Part shown: in pieces, positions 13,160 through 26,027 of the stretch
How positions within the stretch are numbered: position 1 is the first letter of the stretch
Layout of the letters: every line of letters starts with the position of its first letter
NCBI GenBank assembly: GCA_964252035.1
Contig: OZ176201.1
Strand: one strand, 5' to 3'
Source: Podarcis erhardii
Lineage: Eukaryota
Length of the DNA: 64,000 nucleotides
Program-made: the position numbers and the translations under genes
The notes under the pieces: model-generated
The model's database searches: none
What the model was told of the DNA's origin: nothing
The model's input: the letters and a program-made list of their open reading frames with translations, nothing else

Positions 13160-16100
13160 TATTAATAACGTGAACTACCCTGAGGTCTATAAACAAGCAA
13201 AGCTAGTCATGCTTTTCCAGGCATGGAAATGCATAAATAAAACAAAATGCATTAATGATCGCCACTTTTGTGTCCATACAACTTAACATAAAAGTGTGGG
13301 GGAAGGAGAGGGTATGATCACCTATTTCAACTAAGCAAAAATGTTTCTCACAGAGAAATTATGTAATCAGAAGTCACTGCATGGCAGCAGTATACCAAAT
13401 GGTATGAAAGTGAAGAATTTAAAGTGCACACAGTTCCTAGCACCTTGATCATATATTAGAAAATATACAGTATTTTAAATAAAGCTATACTATAAATAAC
13501 AAAGAATTTATAGAGGCTAAATGTTAAGCACATGCAGCTTCCTAGAGACATTTCACAGAACTATTTTTTGTTCAGTCTTGACAAGAATAAGACTGTACTG
13601 AAAGTTAAAGTGAGGATGTGTTCAGGGTGAAAGGTGTGATTCCACAAAGAAGATGAACTCCCCACCCCACACCATACCATTTGGGGGGATGTTCATAGTG
13701 ATTAGCAGCCATTCCCTCCAACACATTACTTCAGCACCATTTCCAAAGGTCCTTTCTTCCCAGCAGAACCAATCTCAGTCAACTAGGAAGCACAAGAGCT
13801 ACTGTGACATCACAACAGCACAAAGCCAATCAGAATTCGGTTATAGGATTACGTCACTGAAGACAATTGTCCTCAGCCTAAAAAGCAGTCTCCTTTCTCT
13901 TTCAAAGTCCTCACCCTCCACTGCCTAAAGCAGAAGGGTTGCCTCTGTTTAAAGTGTTTGTGCAAAGTATCCCCCACCCCATAGATAAGAAGGCAAGTAT
14001 CCAAGCAGTCTACTTTCGTCCCCAAAACCAATTGCTTCTGCAGTGTTTATAAGCAGCATGTGACATTAACGAGCAGAAAAATAATCATGATTGTCCAGTC
14101 ACACATTGCCATTCATAACGTAAGCAGTCTAGGAGGATATGCTGCAAAGGCCATTACGACAGTCCTTTCTCAAATAATCTCACACATATTTCAACTGGCT
14201 GTAGGTCTCCTAAAGAAGAATTGCAATGGGAAAAGGGTCTCTATAGGTTGCACTCAACTAAATTCTACTCAAAATAGAAACAATTAACCTAAGTCAGCCA
14301 TGTTCACTAAGTGCAATGTGTTTGTGTAGGACTAGCATTGGCTACAACTCAAGAAACTGCCCTTTCTTAGTCAAAATCCAAATTGTCACAACCATTAAAA
14401 GTTCAAGAGTCACATCTAAAGTGCTTTCTGGTAATTCCATACGTACTAAATTTTAAATATAAAAATATTGTTTTATATTTTATTCTCCACTTATGAAACA
14501 CACACACATTCTTATGTATATGAATCTTTCAATTATTTACAACCAGAGACAACATTTTTAAAATAATTTACATGCCACAGAATCACTACATTCCTAGGAG
14601 GAAGATAGCCAAAGCCAGAGGTTAATTTTACCAGTAACTGGGTGCTGCTTCAGAACTATATATATGTATATACAGGCATTGTGCTTGTGTTGCTTTTAAC
14701 TCAACATATGAGCTGTTAATTCAGCTGCTGACTCAAAAGTGTAAGACCTAACAGAAGGCTAACAACCTTTCCCACATCAATTCTGAAATCTCCTTTGGCA
14801 GACATTTAACTTTGTGTGTCACAGAGGGAGGAAAAGTAAAGCTTTCAGAATGTTTTATGCATAGTGAAGTTATTTTAGAAGCAGCTTAGGAAGGCAAAAC
14901 ACCACTTCATTCTGAAGACCATTAGAGAGAAAAAAACAGAAGTAAACAAAAAAATTAACTGAGTTTCTTAATTCCAATTCAACAGGACTCAAAGCAAGCT
15001 GTTAAGGAGATAAAATAGTAACATGTTTATGGAAATTTACTGAAATTTATTACTGATTTGGTAAACTTTTGCTTTGCCCACTCCTGCTACAATCCATGCT
15101 GATATCTGTGAACATCATTGATCTCACCATGAGATTTGCGAGTCCCACTTTGTCTGTTAAAACAGATTGTGGGGAAGTGGAAAGAACAACTCACTCATAT
15201 CTGTGCAGTTCCCTATTTTTTCCAAGTTACATTTGAATTTTCTTAACGGAGGGGTGTTCTGTTGTGGGGTTTTTTTAAAGCCAAAAACAAGGATTGAAAC
15301 ATAATCCCTGATGGTCATAGTTATGCAGCAAAAATACTTGAATTCCTTCTTTACCCCATTCACTCTGCTTGCTAACCCCCTGATATCTCCCCATTAAGTC
15401 CTTAGACTTAGAGCTATCCCTTCCCACCTCATGCAACTACTAAGCTCCCATTTCTGAAGCCGCTTCTCTTCTTTTGCAGCCCTGCTTTGCACCTCTGCTT
15501 TACCTTCACCCCCATGTCCATGCCCAGCTCCTTTTGTGCAACCATCCATCCACACCCATCCACCCAGTGGTAATCTTTTGCATCTTCCTTCTCCCACACA
15601 TTGCAACTGCTAAGCACCCTATCCACCTTCCACCCCCTCCTATAAAAGCACTCCCTCCTATTCTTCAGACTGTTTCATTCTCCTAGTCTCATCTTCAACT
15701 CCATTTCCCTATCTCCCACTCCCTCCTTTTTTTTGCAACCCCCTATGCACCCCCCTCTCTTTTTCCTTCCAGCCTCCTCCTAACGTTCCTCAACTCTCCC
15801 TTGCACACAGATCACTCCCATATCTATATGATTATGTGAAATCAAAGGCAATTACATGAATATAATCCTCAATTTGAGTCTTCCAACATGAAATCTTTCG
15901 GAGAGTTGGGCTGGAACTCCTTAAATCATTTTCCCCCTTTGTGGAACACTATATAGTTCCTTAGTCCAAGAAACTTTTCCATTTCCATTATCCCCCCCCC
16001 CCAAAAAAAAGCACTTGCTCTCATCTCTCAACTCACTGTTCTCTTTTAGTCTCCTTGCACCTCACGCCCCACACCTAAAATAGTTTTGTTTTCAGTATGC

Positions 16101-16426
16101 TGGATGTTCAAACTCCCTTCTTTGAAGATCATCTTCAACTCTACTCACAAATCAAACCCGGGTAAAGAGTGAGAACATTTTTACCTACACCCTCTCCCTT
16201 CTTCTCTTCCACAGATTTGTTCAGGAAGAAAAGGCGCAGTACTACTACTGCAATAATCTTGTTAACTCCAGAAGAGGTTAGAGTTTAACAGGCTTACAGG
16301 GAAAGCCTGCCAGAGTTTAGAGGGTTGTCAGGAACCCAGAATCATACCACTGCTTTTTAAAGAATTGTTTCATGGATCCAGGTTACTTCATCTAAATGTG
16401 CAAGTGTGCATTAAGGACTCATCTGG

Positions 16427-16680
16427 TAGAATCACAGAATCTTAAGAGTTGGAAGGGACCCCAAAAGCCATCTAGTCCAACCCCCTGCAATGCAGGAATC
16501 TCATCTAAATCATCAATGACAGATGGCCATCCAGTCTCTGCTTAAAAACGTCCAAGGGAGGAAAGTTCACCACCTCCAAGGGAGTCTGTTCCACAGCCAA
16601 AGAGCTTCTGCTGCCAGAAAGTTTCTCAAATGTTTAGTCAGAATCTCCTTTCTTGAAGCCATTGGTTTGAGTCCTACCCT
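16427..16680 (-). mobile_element. CR1 LINE 3' end (ATTCTATG-tail type)
   Basis: agaatcacagaatcttaagagttggaagggacc...catctagtccaaccccctgcaatgcagg... Confidence 0.88.
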
Positions 16681-17640
16681 AATTAATACATATATAATCA
16701 GTGAGCCACAACTTCATTCCATATACTCAAAGACCATTAGAATGGAATAGCAATTTCATTAAAATCAGCGTGTTAAAAGTAAACCCACAAAATAACAATG
16801 CACAAAATTTCAAAAGTAAAGCAAGAGCTAGCAAGTCATTAAGCTTAAATACAAGAATCAGTTTTAAATGAAAGGACCATATAGCCATAGAAAAAAATAT
16901 TATGGGAAAACGCATTTTGGATTTATATATGGGGAAATTAATGATTTTTCAAAAACAAGTGTGTAGTTTCTTAGCACAGCAAATAGAGCTACTACTGTAA
17001 ATAAGTAGCATTTATCATCCAGTAGTTCCAACACCACAGCCGGGGGGGGGGGGGCATTTGGTCTACAAGTTGCTGGAGAATCTGCAATAGTATACTCCCA
17101 ACCCCAGCTACATATAAAAGGGACAGAATAGCAAATAGCATACCAGATCTTGGATTTGTTTTGCTGGTGAAATTTCTATATAACGTCTCCCCAAGGTAGG
17201 TGGAGGGCATCACTTGAAACCTGAGTTCTGCAGATTTATTTGAAAATCACGGCCTGAAGGTAAAATGCTGTAGAACTACGCCTTGAACTACGCGTACCAG
17301 GTGGAGAAACACATCAAAAATCATGGTGACCCACAGACCAATATTTCTCCATAGATAAATTATAACTGAGGACACTATATACTCTACTTTGTATGGGGGC
17401 AAAAACCTCAACGCCACATATAATTCCAAGTGCAAAATTTATGTGAGGCATCAATTCTATTTGCATGTTTTGGAAGCTTCAGTACACAACAGCTTTCAAA
17501 CACATAGCACAATTCTGTGCATGTCTACTCAGAGGTATGTTTCTTTAAACTCATTGGGACTTACCTCTGAGTGGACAGAATTATGCTGTGGATTGACGAA
17601 AAGTAAACTGCAAAATCTTTAACAATGATGTATATATGCA

Positions 17641-17995
17641 GGGGATGCAGGTGGTGCTGTGGGTTAAACCACAGAGCCTAGCACTTGCCGATCAGAAGGT
17701 CCGCGGTTCGAATCCCTGTGACGTGGTGAGCTCCCGTTGCTCAGTCCCTGCTCCTGCCAACCTAGCAGTTCGAAAGCACGTCAAAGTGCAAGTAGATAAA
17801 TAGGTACCGCTCCAGTGGGAAGGTAAACGCCGTTTCCGTGTGCTGCTCTGGTTCGCCAGAAGCGGCTTAGTCATGCTGGCCACGTGACCCGGAAGCTGTA
17901 CGCCGGCTCCCTCGGCCAATAAAGCGAGATGAGCACCGCAAGCCCAGAGTCGGTCATGACTGCACCTAATGATCAGGGGTCCCTTTACCTTTACC
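17641..17995 (+). mobile_element. Sauria SINE, full length
   Basis: Head with ggttcgaatcc, ccctttacctttacc tail; perfect 10-bp TSD tatatatgca (17631-17640 / 17996-18005). Confidence 0.96.
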
Positions 17996-19427
17996 TATAT
18001 ATGCATGTCCTATTTTATTCACATTCAGATTTTTTTTATTGAGGAAAAATGTGAAGTGAGATGCAGTCCTTAAGAACACTAGTTAAACTCAATACACATA
18101 ATTTCCAAGACACTGCAATGAGAACGTTTTAATGTAGCAGTCCTTATGCACAATTCAAATATGATTTAGTGGTTGTTATTTTCAAAACAACAAGAAACAG
18201 GAATGGAACACACATAATGTTTCTTTTAAGACACAAAGCCTTTCATAATTTTAAAACATAAAAGAAAAATGATGGTACTTTGCCACAGAAGATTTCTGAG
18301 CTTAGACACCTTAGATGTTTAATTAAGTTGGAAATCACCAACTTCTTCTCAAGATGCTGACTGCTGGCTTGTTAATTAGTTCCCTCTTTTATTGATTAGC
18401 AACTTAAGCAGTACTCAGTTATAAATGGCTGTAATGCCTGCCTTGTTTCAGAGTCTAATTAATATGATATAGACTGTTTAACAATTGGTGCCTCCAAGTA
18501 ATTTATTGTTCTAAATCTGTATATTTTATTGCTAATCAGCAAGAATAGTGCACAATAAAAATAAAAAAATCTAACTGAAGCACCATAGTCAAGATTTGTG
18601 TTTTGTTTTTATTATAATTTGTTTTTTTAAAAAAACTTTTCAAAAGTTGGTATAACTGTGAGCCAGTAGAAAACCTATTGCTTCATTTCAGAATTGAGGT
18701 GTCACAATATTTGATGAACAGATTGATAAAGTAGGATTAGATTATGTGAACTTCTTCCCCATTAACCCTACTGAAAGAAGTGGCAGCTAGATAAGGGCAT
18801 GTAGCTCAGTTTTAGTAATGAACTAAAACTGACCGGAGCTCTACAAGAAGGGATTATTTATGATAGCCAAGCTCTTACTTGCTATCTATAAAGACTTGCA
18901 ATTTATAAAGACTGCTCACAGGACAGGCCTGGGGCAGGGGGGACACCCATTCCTCCATCTCCCTTGCCTTCAGCTCCCAACTGTCCAGAAATCTGTTGCA
19001 AAGAGCTGGGGGACCCTTCAGAACAGCATGGAAGGTAGGACAGAGAGCTGCATGTGTTAAGGGTGAATCAACAAACAGTGCCCCTCTCACCTTCCACCAG
19101 CGGGATCCTCTACTGGACTGAAGGGCATTGTGTGAATGGAATGGGTTGCTTACATTTGCTGAAGTGCAAGCCATATTATTTGAACTGGAAAGTATTCTCT
19201 TAGCATGGCTACAATTATAAACAGAGCACACCTAGGCCTTACAGAGTAATCCTATATATGTCTACTTAAAAAATAAGTCCCACTGAGTTTTCTCTGTTAA
19301 TGAATTATTTAAATAATAAGAGTTAAAATCATTTATTTAAAACAGGTGTATGGGAAGCCCACAAATAAGAGCTCAGACTCCAACCCCTGCCTGACGTGTC
19401 TTGTAAAGTAGGAACAAATTCCAAAAC

Positions 19428-19590
19428 ATAGCTGTTTTATTCTGTAACAGCAAAGAACAACAAGGAGTCCTGTGGCACTTGAAAAACAACAAATTTGGTG
19501 TGCAATGGGCTTTTGTAGCCAGAGTCCATGCCTAATTTCTCACCTATTAAAAGCTAGAACCATGATAAATTTGTTGTTTCCTTAGTGTTG
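19428..19590. mobile_element. Penelope-like pLTR fragments, inverted, very degenerate
   Basis: caacaaggagtcctgtggcacttgaaaaacaacaaatt ... ataaatttgttg. Confidence 0.55.
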
Positions 19591-20702
19591 ACTGAATACA
19601 CATGTTGAGAGCTATACACATCCCTCGGTTGTGCAGGAAACCTAGAAGCAATGAATGAAGCTTCACTAATAAACTGAAGGACCTAGAACATACTACGTAT
19701 TATTTTTATCAAAGCAAATTGATACTGGGTTGTGGTGGTGGACTGTTCCTCTGTTCCTCTCCCCACTGTCTCTAAATGGTAGAGGCAATAAGATCCGGGG
19801 TGGATTGTCTGGGAAGTGGAAGCAGCAGCAGCAGATGCTGTGTGTTATGACCCTAGTTTCTATAGTTTCTTATTTCCTCCTCTCCCAACAAAGACATTAT
19901 CTTGCCTGATTCATAATAAATTATAAAGCTTTAAAGTCCTTGCTGGGGAGCAGGGGCACTGAATCAGCTTCAAATGAGAACACACTACTGGCAGTCTCTT
20001 ATTACAGGAGTACACCGCCCTTCACTCGTTTCCATGATAAATCTCCTCTGGCATTTGCTGGTTTGGAAAGAAGTTGAAGCCAGTAGCTTCACCTCATCTT
20101 CAACCTACCTGCCAGAGTTCTCCACCATAACTCTTCTTCCTTCAGTGCCTGAGCTTAAATCTATCCATTTAGCAACTCACCCTGAGCAATATCCCATCTC
20201 ACCTCCCTGAACTGAAACCAATCATGGACTATACATTACGCTTGCAGCTGTCACATTTCTCAGCGCTTGCATGATGACTTCCCTTCCTCTGCTCTGTGTC
20301 TGTCCTGTCCTGTAACCTCTTCGTGACAGGGCTTTGTTGGAGTATTTGTATAGTTCTCAGGAGAGTGGAACACCAGTTATTATACCTGGTAATATAGGGC
20401 AATGAAATAGTGGAGATCTAGCCAGATAAAAGAATAAGAATGACTTAGATCCAGCTTGGGGAACTTTTTTTCGGCCTGAGGAACACATTCCTTTCTAAGC
20501 AACCTTACAGGCACATGCCAGCTTGCACACTTATGGGTTCCCTTCATGGAACTATACTTATTTGTTTGGGTGATGAAGTTTATCTAGGATGGTTTGGCCC
20601 TTAACTGGAGGCAGGATATTTCCTAACTGCCTGTTTAGGTAAAACCTAAACAGACACAAGTTTTCCACACTGTATTTAATAACTATAACCTTTCTACCAA
20701 TA

Positions 20703-20944
20703 CAGTGGTACCTCAGGTTACATACGCTTCAGGTTACATACACTTCAGGTTACAGACTCCGCTAACCCAGAAATAGGGCCTCAGGTTAAGAACTTTGCTT
20801 CAGGATGAGAACAGAAACCAGGCTCCAGCGGCGTGGCAGCAGCAGGAGGCCCCATTAGCTAAAGTGGTGCTTCAGGTTAAGAACAGTTTCAGGTTAAGTA
20901 CGGACCTCCGGAACAAATTAAGTACTTAACCTGAGGTACCACTG
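20703..20944 (+). mobile_element. Tc1/mariner (Tigger-like) MITE, family B
   Basis: Perfect 18-bp TIR cagtggtacctcaggtta / taacctgaggtaccactg flanked by TA. Confidence 0.92.
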
Positions 20945-21520
20945 TACCTGTTGTTGAATCTTCTGAGTGTAGGACAAATGATGGATGTCCCTTACTATCA
21001 CTCCAAAATAAGGGGCTTCTACCAAAATAAGGAACTTCCACCAATCCTTGTTTCAAGAAATTTGATTCTTGACGAACCCCAGGTGAACAAATCAGTTCTC
21101 AAAAGTGACTTTTTGGGTAAGGAAAACTCACTTTGAATTCACAGGATGACAAGTAAAGAATAGATGAATAATGCAAAGACAGTTTTCAGCTATAGAGGTT
21201 CATGTGAAGGAAAAGATTCTGTAATGTGCCTTAAAGGAGGCAGCAAAACAAACATAACATATTGCTTTCTTTATGCTCTGTGCTTTGAAGTAGTGCAACA
21301 ACAACACTTTATCCCTGCTGCAAACTGCCGAAAAGGAAGCAAGGTGTAACACAGTCAAATTCTCACTTCCACATTACTAAATTACCACATTACTACTATT
21401 ACTTTCTGCTCATCTTTATTCATTGCGGTGTAGCATAAACTTTCCACTCAGTCTGTTTTTCACTCATTGTGACTAGAACAAAACATTATGCTAGATTTAA
21501 TTGACATGTGTCCACGTTTC

Positions 21521-21596
21521 TTTCTCTCTCTCTCACACACACACACTCTCTCTCTCTCTCACACACACAGAGAGAGAGAGAGAGACACAGAGAGGG
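21521..21596. repeat. Compound (TC)/(AC)/(AG) microsatellite
   Basis: Direct reading. Confidence 0.9.
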
Positions 21597-22379
21597 GGGG
21601 TGGGGGGACAGGCTGCTTCCTTGAATGCATAATAAGTTACCTCAAGATTGTTTCAGGCACTGATAAATTCCAAATCAATAATTCTGGCTCTGATACATTT
21701 ACAAGGGCAGGGACTATCAGAGCCATTTTAGCGTATTCGTTCCATTAATCTGAGCTCCATTTGGAAACACCAGACAAAATTCTATGCATGCTTACCCGGA
21801 AGTAACTCCCATTATGTTCAACATGATTAATTTCAGGCAAATATACATAAGATCACAGCAACAAGGTATCAGAACCCCCATCTGGTTCTGAAAAATTGAA
21901 CTAACCGAAACAGAGGAGAAAATGATTATCGAAGGCAATCACCTCCTCGCTTGCAACTTGCTTCAACCTGAAGTTACCAGCTTGAACCATAAAAACCTTC
22001 CAGCTGAAGAGGTAAACTGTGATCTCTTTGTGGATCCTTTGCTTGGGAAAAAATGCTGCTGAGCACCTGCCACTTTTGTCCAGGCTGCTAGCCCTGGCAT
22101 GAGGAGAAAGAAACTCTGGATAACCAGTAGTGTGTTGGCAGCTGTGAAAACAACAGCTTGACAACAAAAGTAGTTCTTATTCAGAGAGGGGAGGGGTGTG
22201 TGTGTGTGTGGGTGGGTGGGTGGGTGTGTCAGAATTTGCATAAAATCAGGACCATCTGAAACAGTAAGAAGACTGTGAAACGGTGTATGTACGTGCAAAC
22301 CTGAACAGCAGGAAATTCATAAGTTATCTTTCAGGTGGAACTAGCCCAAATAGAGACAAGTGCTTGTTGCCTTTTCAGC

Positions 22380-22710
22380 ACCCACTGAAGACCAAGACAC
22401 TGAGGTCCACCTCTGAGGGTTTTCTGGCAGTTCTCCCAAAGCAAGAAATTAAGTTACAGAGAACCAGGCAGAGGGCCTTCTCAGCAGTGGCGCCCTCCCT
22501 GTGGAACATCCTCCCACTGGATGTCAAGGAGATAAAGAACTACACAACTTTTAGAAAACATCTGAAGGCAGCCCTGTATTGGGAAGTTTTTAATGTTTGA
22601 CATTTTATCAGGTTTTTAAATTTTGCTGGAAGCCGCCCAGAGTGGCTGGGGAAACCCAGCTAGATGGGAAAGGTATTAATAATAAATTTATTATTAATAA
22701 TAATAATAAG
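22380..22710 (+). mobile_element. L2-clade LINE 3' end
   Basis: Encodes RQRAFSAVAPSLWNILPLDVKEIKNYTTFRKHLKAALY (L2 ORF2 C-terminal RAFS--AP-LWN-LP motif), followed by a gccgcccagagtggctgggg...(taa)n tail. Confidence 0.9.
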
Positions 22711-23169
22711 CCTTTTAAAATATTTTTATCTAAGTCTGTATCAGTACTGGGTTTGAAATTATTTATTATGTATGTTTTCATGATGTTTTCATTGTCAATT
22801 GCTTTGGGCTGCTTTATGGGAAGTTATTGCTAAATGAAGTAAATGAAGTTGTGATTCAACTTCAGTTTAGCAGCCCCCCCCCAATCCACCCTATTATTTC
22901 CTCTAGGCAACGGTCCAGCACCTGCATGGCCTCACCTGATTGAAATGACAAGGAGAAACAGAGCAGCATGTTGTCCACAAGCTGGTGACACAATATTCTA
23001 CACAGTGCCCAATAACCACTCCCCCAACAGCTTCAAATAAATGTTTAAAAGCTTGGGGGACAAGATGGAAGCCCAAAAGACCTCACAACATTATTGCCAT
23101 AGGACCATACAGCAGACCCCCTCTTTCACCCTCTGAAAACAGACGTGCAGGTAGGAGTGGATCCACCAT

Positions 23170-23363
23170 ATCACCATGCCTTCATTTCACATAGCCATTC
23201 CAAGAGTACATCATGGCCGATGGTATCAAAAATTGTCCAGAGATCCAGGTAAATTGACACAGTCACATTGCCCTCTCCTTCTGATGAAGGTCACCAGTCA
23301 GGGCAACCAAGACTGTTCCAGTGCCAAAACCAGGCCTGAAGCCAGACTGAAATGGGTGTAGAT
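23170..23363 (-). mobile_element. L2-clade LINE reverse-transcriptase fragment
   Basis: LHPFQSGFRPGFGTGTVLVALTGDL / GNVTVSIYLDLWTIFDTIGHDVLL (RT motif QSGFRP--STETAL...LLDLSAAFDT-DH), frameshifted. Confidence 0.85.
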
Positions 23364-23425
23364 CAGTGTTTCCCAAACTTGGGTCTCCAGCTGTTTTTGG
23401 ATTACAAAACTCAAACATCACTGAG
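23364..23425. mobile_element. Half of a hAT-type palindromic MITE
   Basis: cagtgtttcccaaacttgggtctccagctgtttttggattacaa, related to 28068-28203. Confidence 0.65.
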
Positions 23426-24209
23426 CTTCCCTCCCCCCCCCAAATGAAGCCTAAAAATAGAGTAGGGAACGCACCCCCCCCCCATATTATTAATGGCACA
23501 TGGGTTAGCAGTTTCAGAATCAGAACTTATGGCAGGGGGGAAAGCAAACAAAGCAACAAAAACCACTCAGCACTAATGTTGTAGCTCATCATTACCAAGG
23601 TCCCTGTGTTTCATATGCATGCTATGCCATCAGATAATTATATATATTTTAAATCAGCTCCACATTATACAGCTCAATGAAAAGATGTACTGCGTCTACC
23701 CTGTACGCTTTTCACTGTATGGCCTCTATAATTTCGTAAGAAATCACTTAGACTATACAGATAAGTCCTTAACAGCCTTTTCATTTTCAAGCAAATGAAC
23801 TTATTAAAAACAAAAGCATTATCATAAAATTATATGACAAGCTATAGCTCAGGGATCCATTTCCTCGGAAATGTCACGTGTGTATATTCACTTTCATTAT
23901 GAACAAAAAGCAGACATTCAATTTTGCTTGACAGGTTTAGCAAATAGCTCTTTCTGAATAAAACCTGGTGAACCAACAATATTGAAAGTCTGCAAATGTG
24001 AGATCCTAGAAGACTTATGAAAAAATAAATAAATAACCTAGATTCTAGTAGACTAAATGACAGTACAGACGTGTTTTTAAGTAATTGGATTTCTTCTCCT
24101 CCTCCTTTCTCCCTGACAATTGTACTATGTTTGCATGTCACACTAAACCATGTTTTGAGTGCAGCATGCACAAGCTTGTGTACCTTCCACATATAAGCCA
24201 GATGGAGTA

Positions 24210-24387
24210 CAGTGGTACCTCAGGTTAAGTACTTAATTCTCCTCCTGCTGCTGCCGTGCCGCCGGAGCACGATTTCTGTTCTCATCCTGAAGCAAAGTTC
24301 TTAACCTGAGGTAATATTTCTGGATTAGTGGAGGCTGTAACCTGAAGCGTATGTAACCTGAAGTGTATGTAACCCGAGGTACCACTG
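24210..24387 (-). mobile_element. Tigger-like MITE family B, internally deleted
   Basis: TA|cagtggtacctcaggtta...taacccgaggtaccactg|TA; reverse-oriented homologue of 20703-20944. Confidence 0.9.
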
Positions 24388-24558
24388 TACTTGGGATGTT
24401 TTAACTTTCCATTTCCTTTAAACGAAGCCTGTTGATTCCTTCAGCTGGGGATAGTGGTTTAGTCTAACTATGTTTAAACATGTTTTGATGTTGCCTTGTT
24501 TTCAAACTGTCCACATTCAGTGATAAACTACCTAGAAACTGATAAAAAAATATTTCCC

Positions 24559-24790
24559 CAGAGCACTAGCCGTTTTGGTCTGTTGCAGCAAAAGCTACGA
24601 AGTGTCTTGTGGCACTTTAAAGACTAACAAATTTATTATATCGTAAGCCTTCAAGGACTACAGTCCACTTTATCAGCTGCACGGAATGTTACCCTGAGTA
24701 TATGTGCAGCTGCTACTCAGGATAATACTTCAAGCATACCATAATAAATTTGTTAGTCTTTCAGATGCCACAAGACTCACTGTTGCTTTG
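24559..24790. mobile_element. Penelope-like pLTR fragments in inverted arrangement, moderately decayed
   Basis: tcttgtggcactttaaagactaacaaatttattat ... ataataaatttgttagtctttcagatgccacaaga inverted arms. Confidence 0.8.
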
Positions 24791-25558
24791 ACAGAAACCT
24801 TCTAAGGTCTTCCTCCTGGCTACACAGAAGGGATGAGGTAAGCAAGTGAACTTGAGGCTTGCTCCCCCTTTTTCCTACTTGTGCACATCATGATGCTAAC
24901 ACAGCCATCTCGTCAGCATATTTAGAGCAGATAGGTCTCATAGCTTGGACTAATTTTCACTTTAGAAAATATATGCTTGCACAATATCACTTCCGATTCC
25001 TGGTGGGCAGGGCTGGTCAAGGCCATTTTGCTACCATGCCATTAACTAAAAATGCCACCACCTGCCCTCCTTACACCTGAGGAGCCCCAGGGAACAAAAG
25101 GAGGAGGGTGGCAGTGTGTGGATTTGCTAGGTAAGTGGGTCTGGAACCTCTTGAATCTCACACTGGGCAAGAATACTTGAATGAATTTTAAGGGATCTGC
25201 AACAGGTTGCAGCCCAACATAACTAGCTACCTGCCTTCAATGTGCTCCCCTTTCCGACCAAGGTAGAGGAGCTTCCTCACAACCCTCACATTAACATGCC
25301 AATGAGGGCTTGCCAAATCATAACCACTTGAGCCTCACAGTTTTGTATGAATGAGTTGGGCAAGCAGCAAGTGGAGGTCCTGTCCTTTCTAGCCTAGCAG
25401 CTTTTGAAGGAACTTCAAGGAAGCCTCGCTTGACCTAACAGATGGCTCAGGATGTCTGTCAACATGTGTTTTTTATTTTTCTTCTCTTAAATATACATTG
25501 CACCTGCTAACCTATCCTCCGCTAGCTATCCTCCGCTAGCCAGCTTCACACTCATGTT

Positions 25559-25560
<2 letters not shown>

Positions 25561-25594
<34 letters not shown>
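25561..25594. repeat. (AC)17 microsatellite
   Basis: Direct reading; a 14-bp tandem duplication ctatcctccgctag lies just upstream (about 25512-25539). Confidence 0.97.
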
Positions 25595-25597
<3 letters not shown>

Positions 25598-26027
25598 CCA
25601 CCAGCAACTTTTCCAGTCCGAGGCAACAGACAAAAAAAATCCCGCACAGCCCTGCTAAGCAGCAGCCTGTTCAACCTATATTACATAGTGGGCAGGTGGG
25701 TGGGTGCTGAGCCCAAGGGCAAAAGAGAGGATTTTGGGGGAAGAGCCAGGCTTTCTATGGCTCCACTCTGCTAATTCTGCACCTGGTGTGCCAGTTTCAC
25801 CACAGCCAGGTCACTCTTTCCTATCTTCTGGGGCAAAGTGTCCCCCAAGTTTACCGAAAAAGTGTGTGTGTAAATTGGCAAGAGTTTTTTGTTTTGTTTT
25901 TGCTTTGTTGTTTTTTACAAAAAATTCAAGAGAAAACAGGAAACTAGCAAACTCCCAGAGCGCACAGTTCAACTGCTCACTGATATAGGAATTAGAGACC
26001 CTAGGTATATTTTTATTATTTTAATAA

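Noticed and set aside
12705-13286. Longest ORFs in the track (147, 116 and 81 aa) and similar ORFs at 35916-36260 and 58933-59156
   Set aside because: They overlap the GC-rich Tigger-like MITE family A and show no transposase motifs.
16992-17435. Two hydrophobic minus-strand ORFs in the same frame separated by one TGA (possible pseudogene or read-through membrane protein)
   Set aside because: No recognisable homology, no convincing splice sites, and it runs through a poly-G/C tract. Hydrophobic frames are expected in AT-rich DNA.
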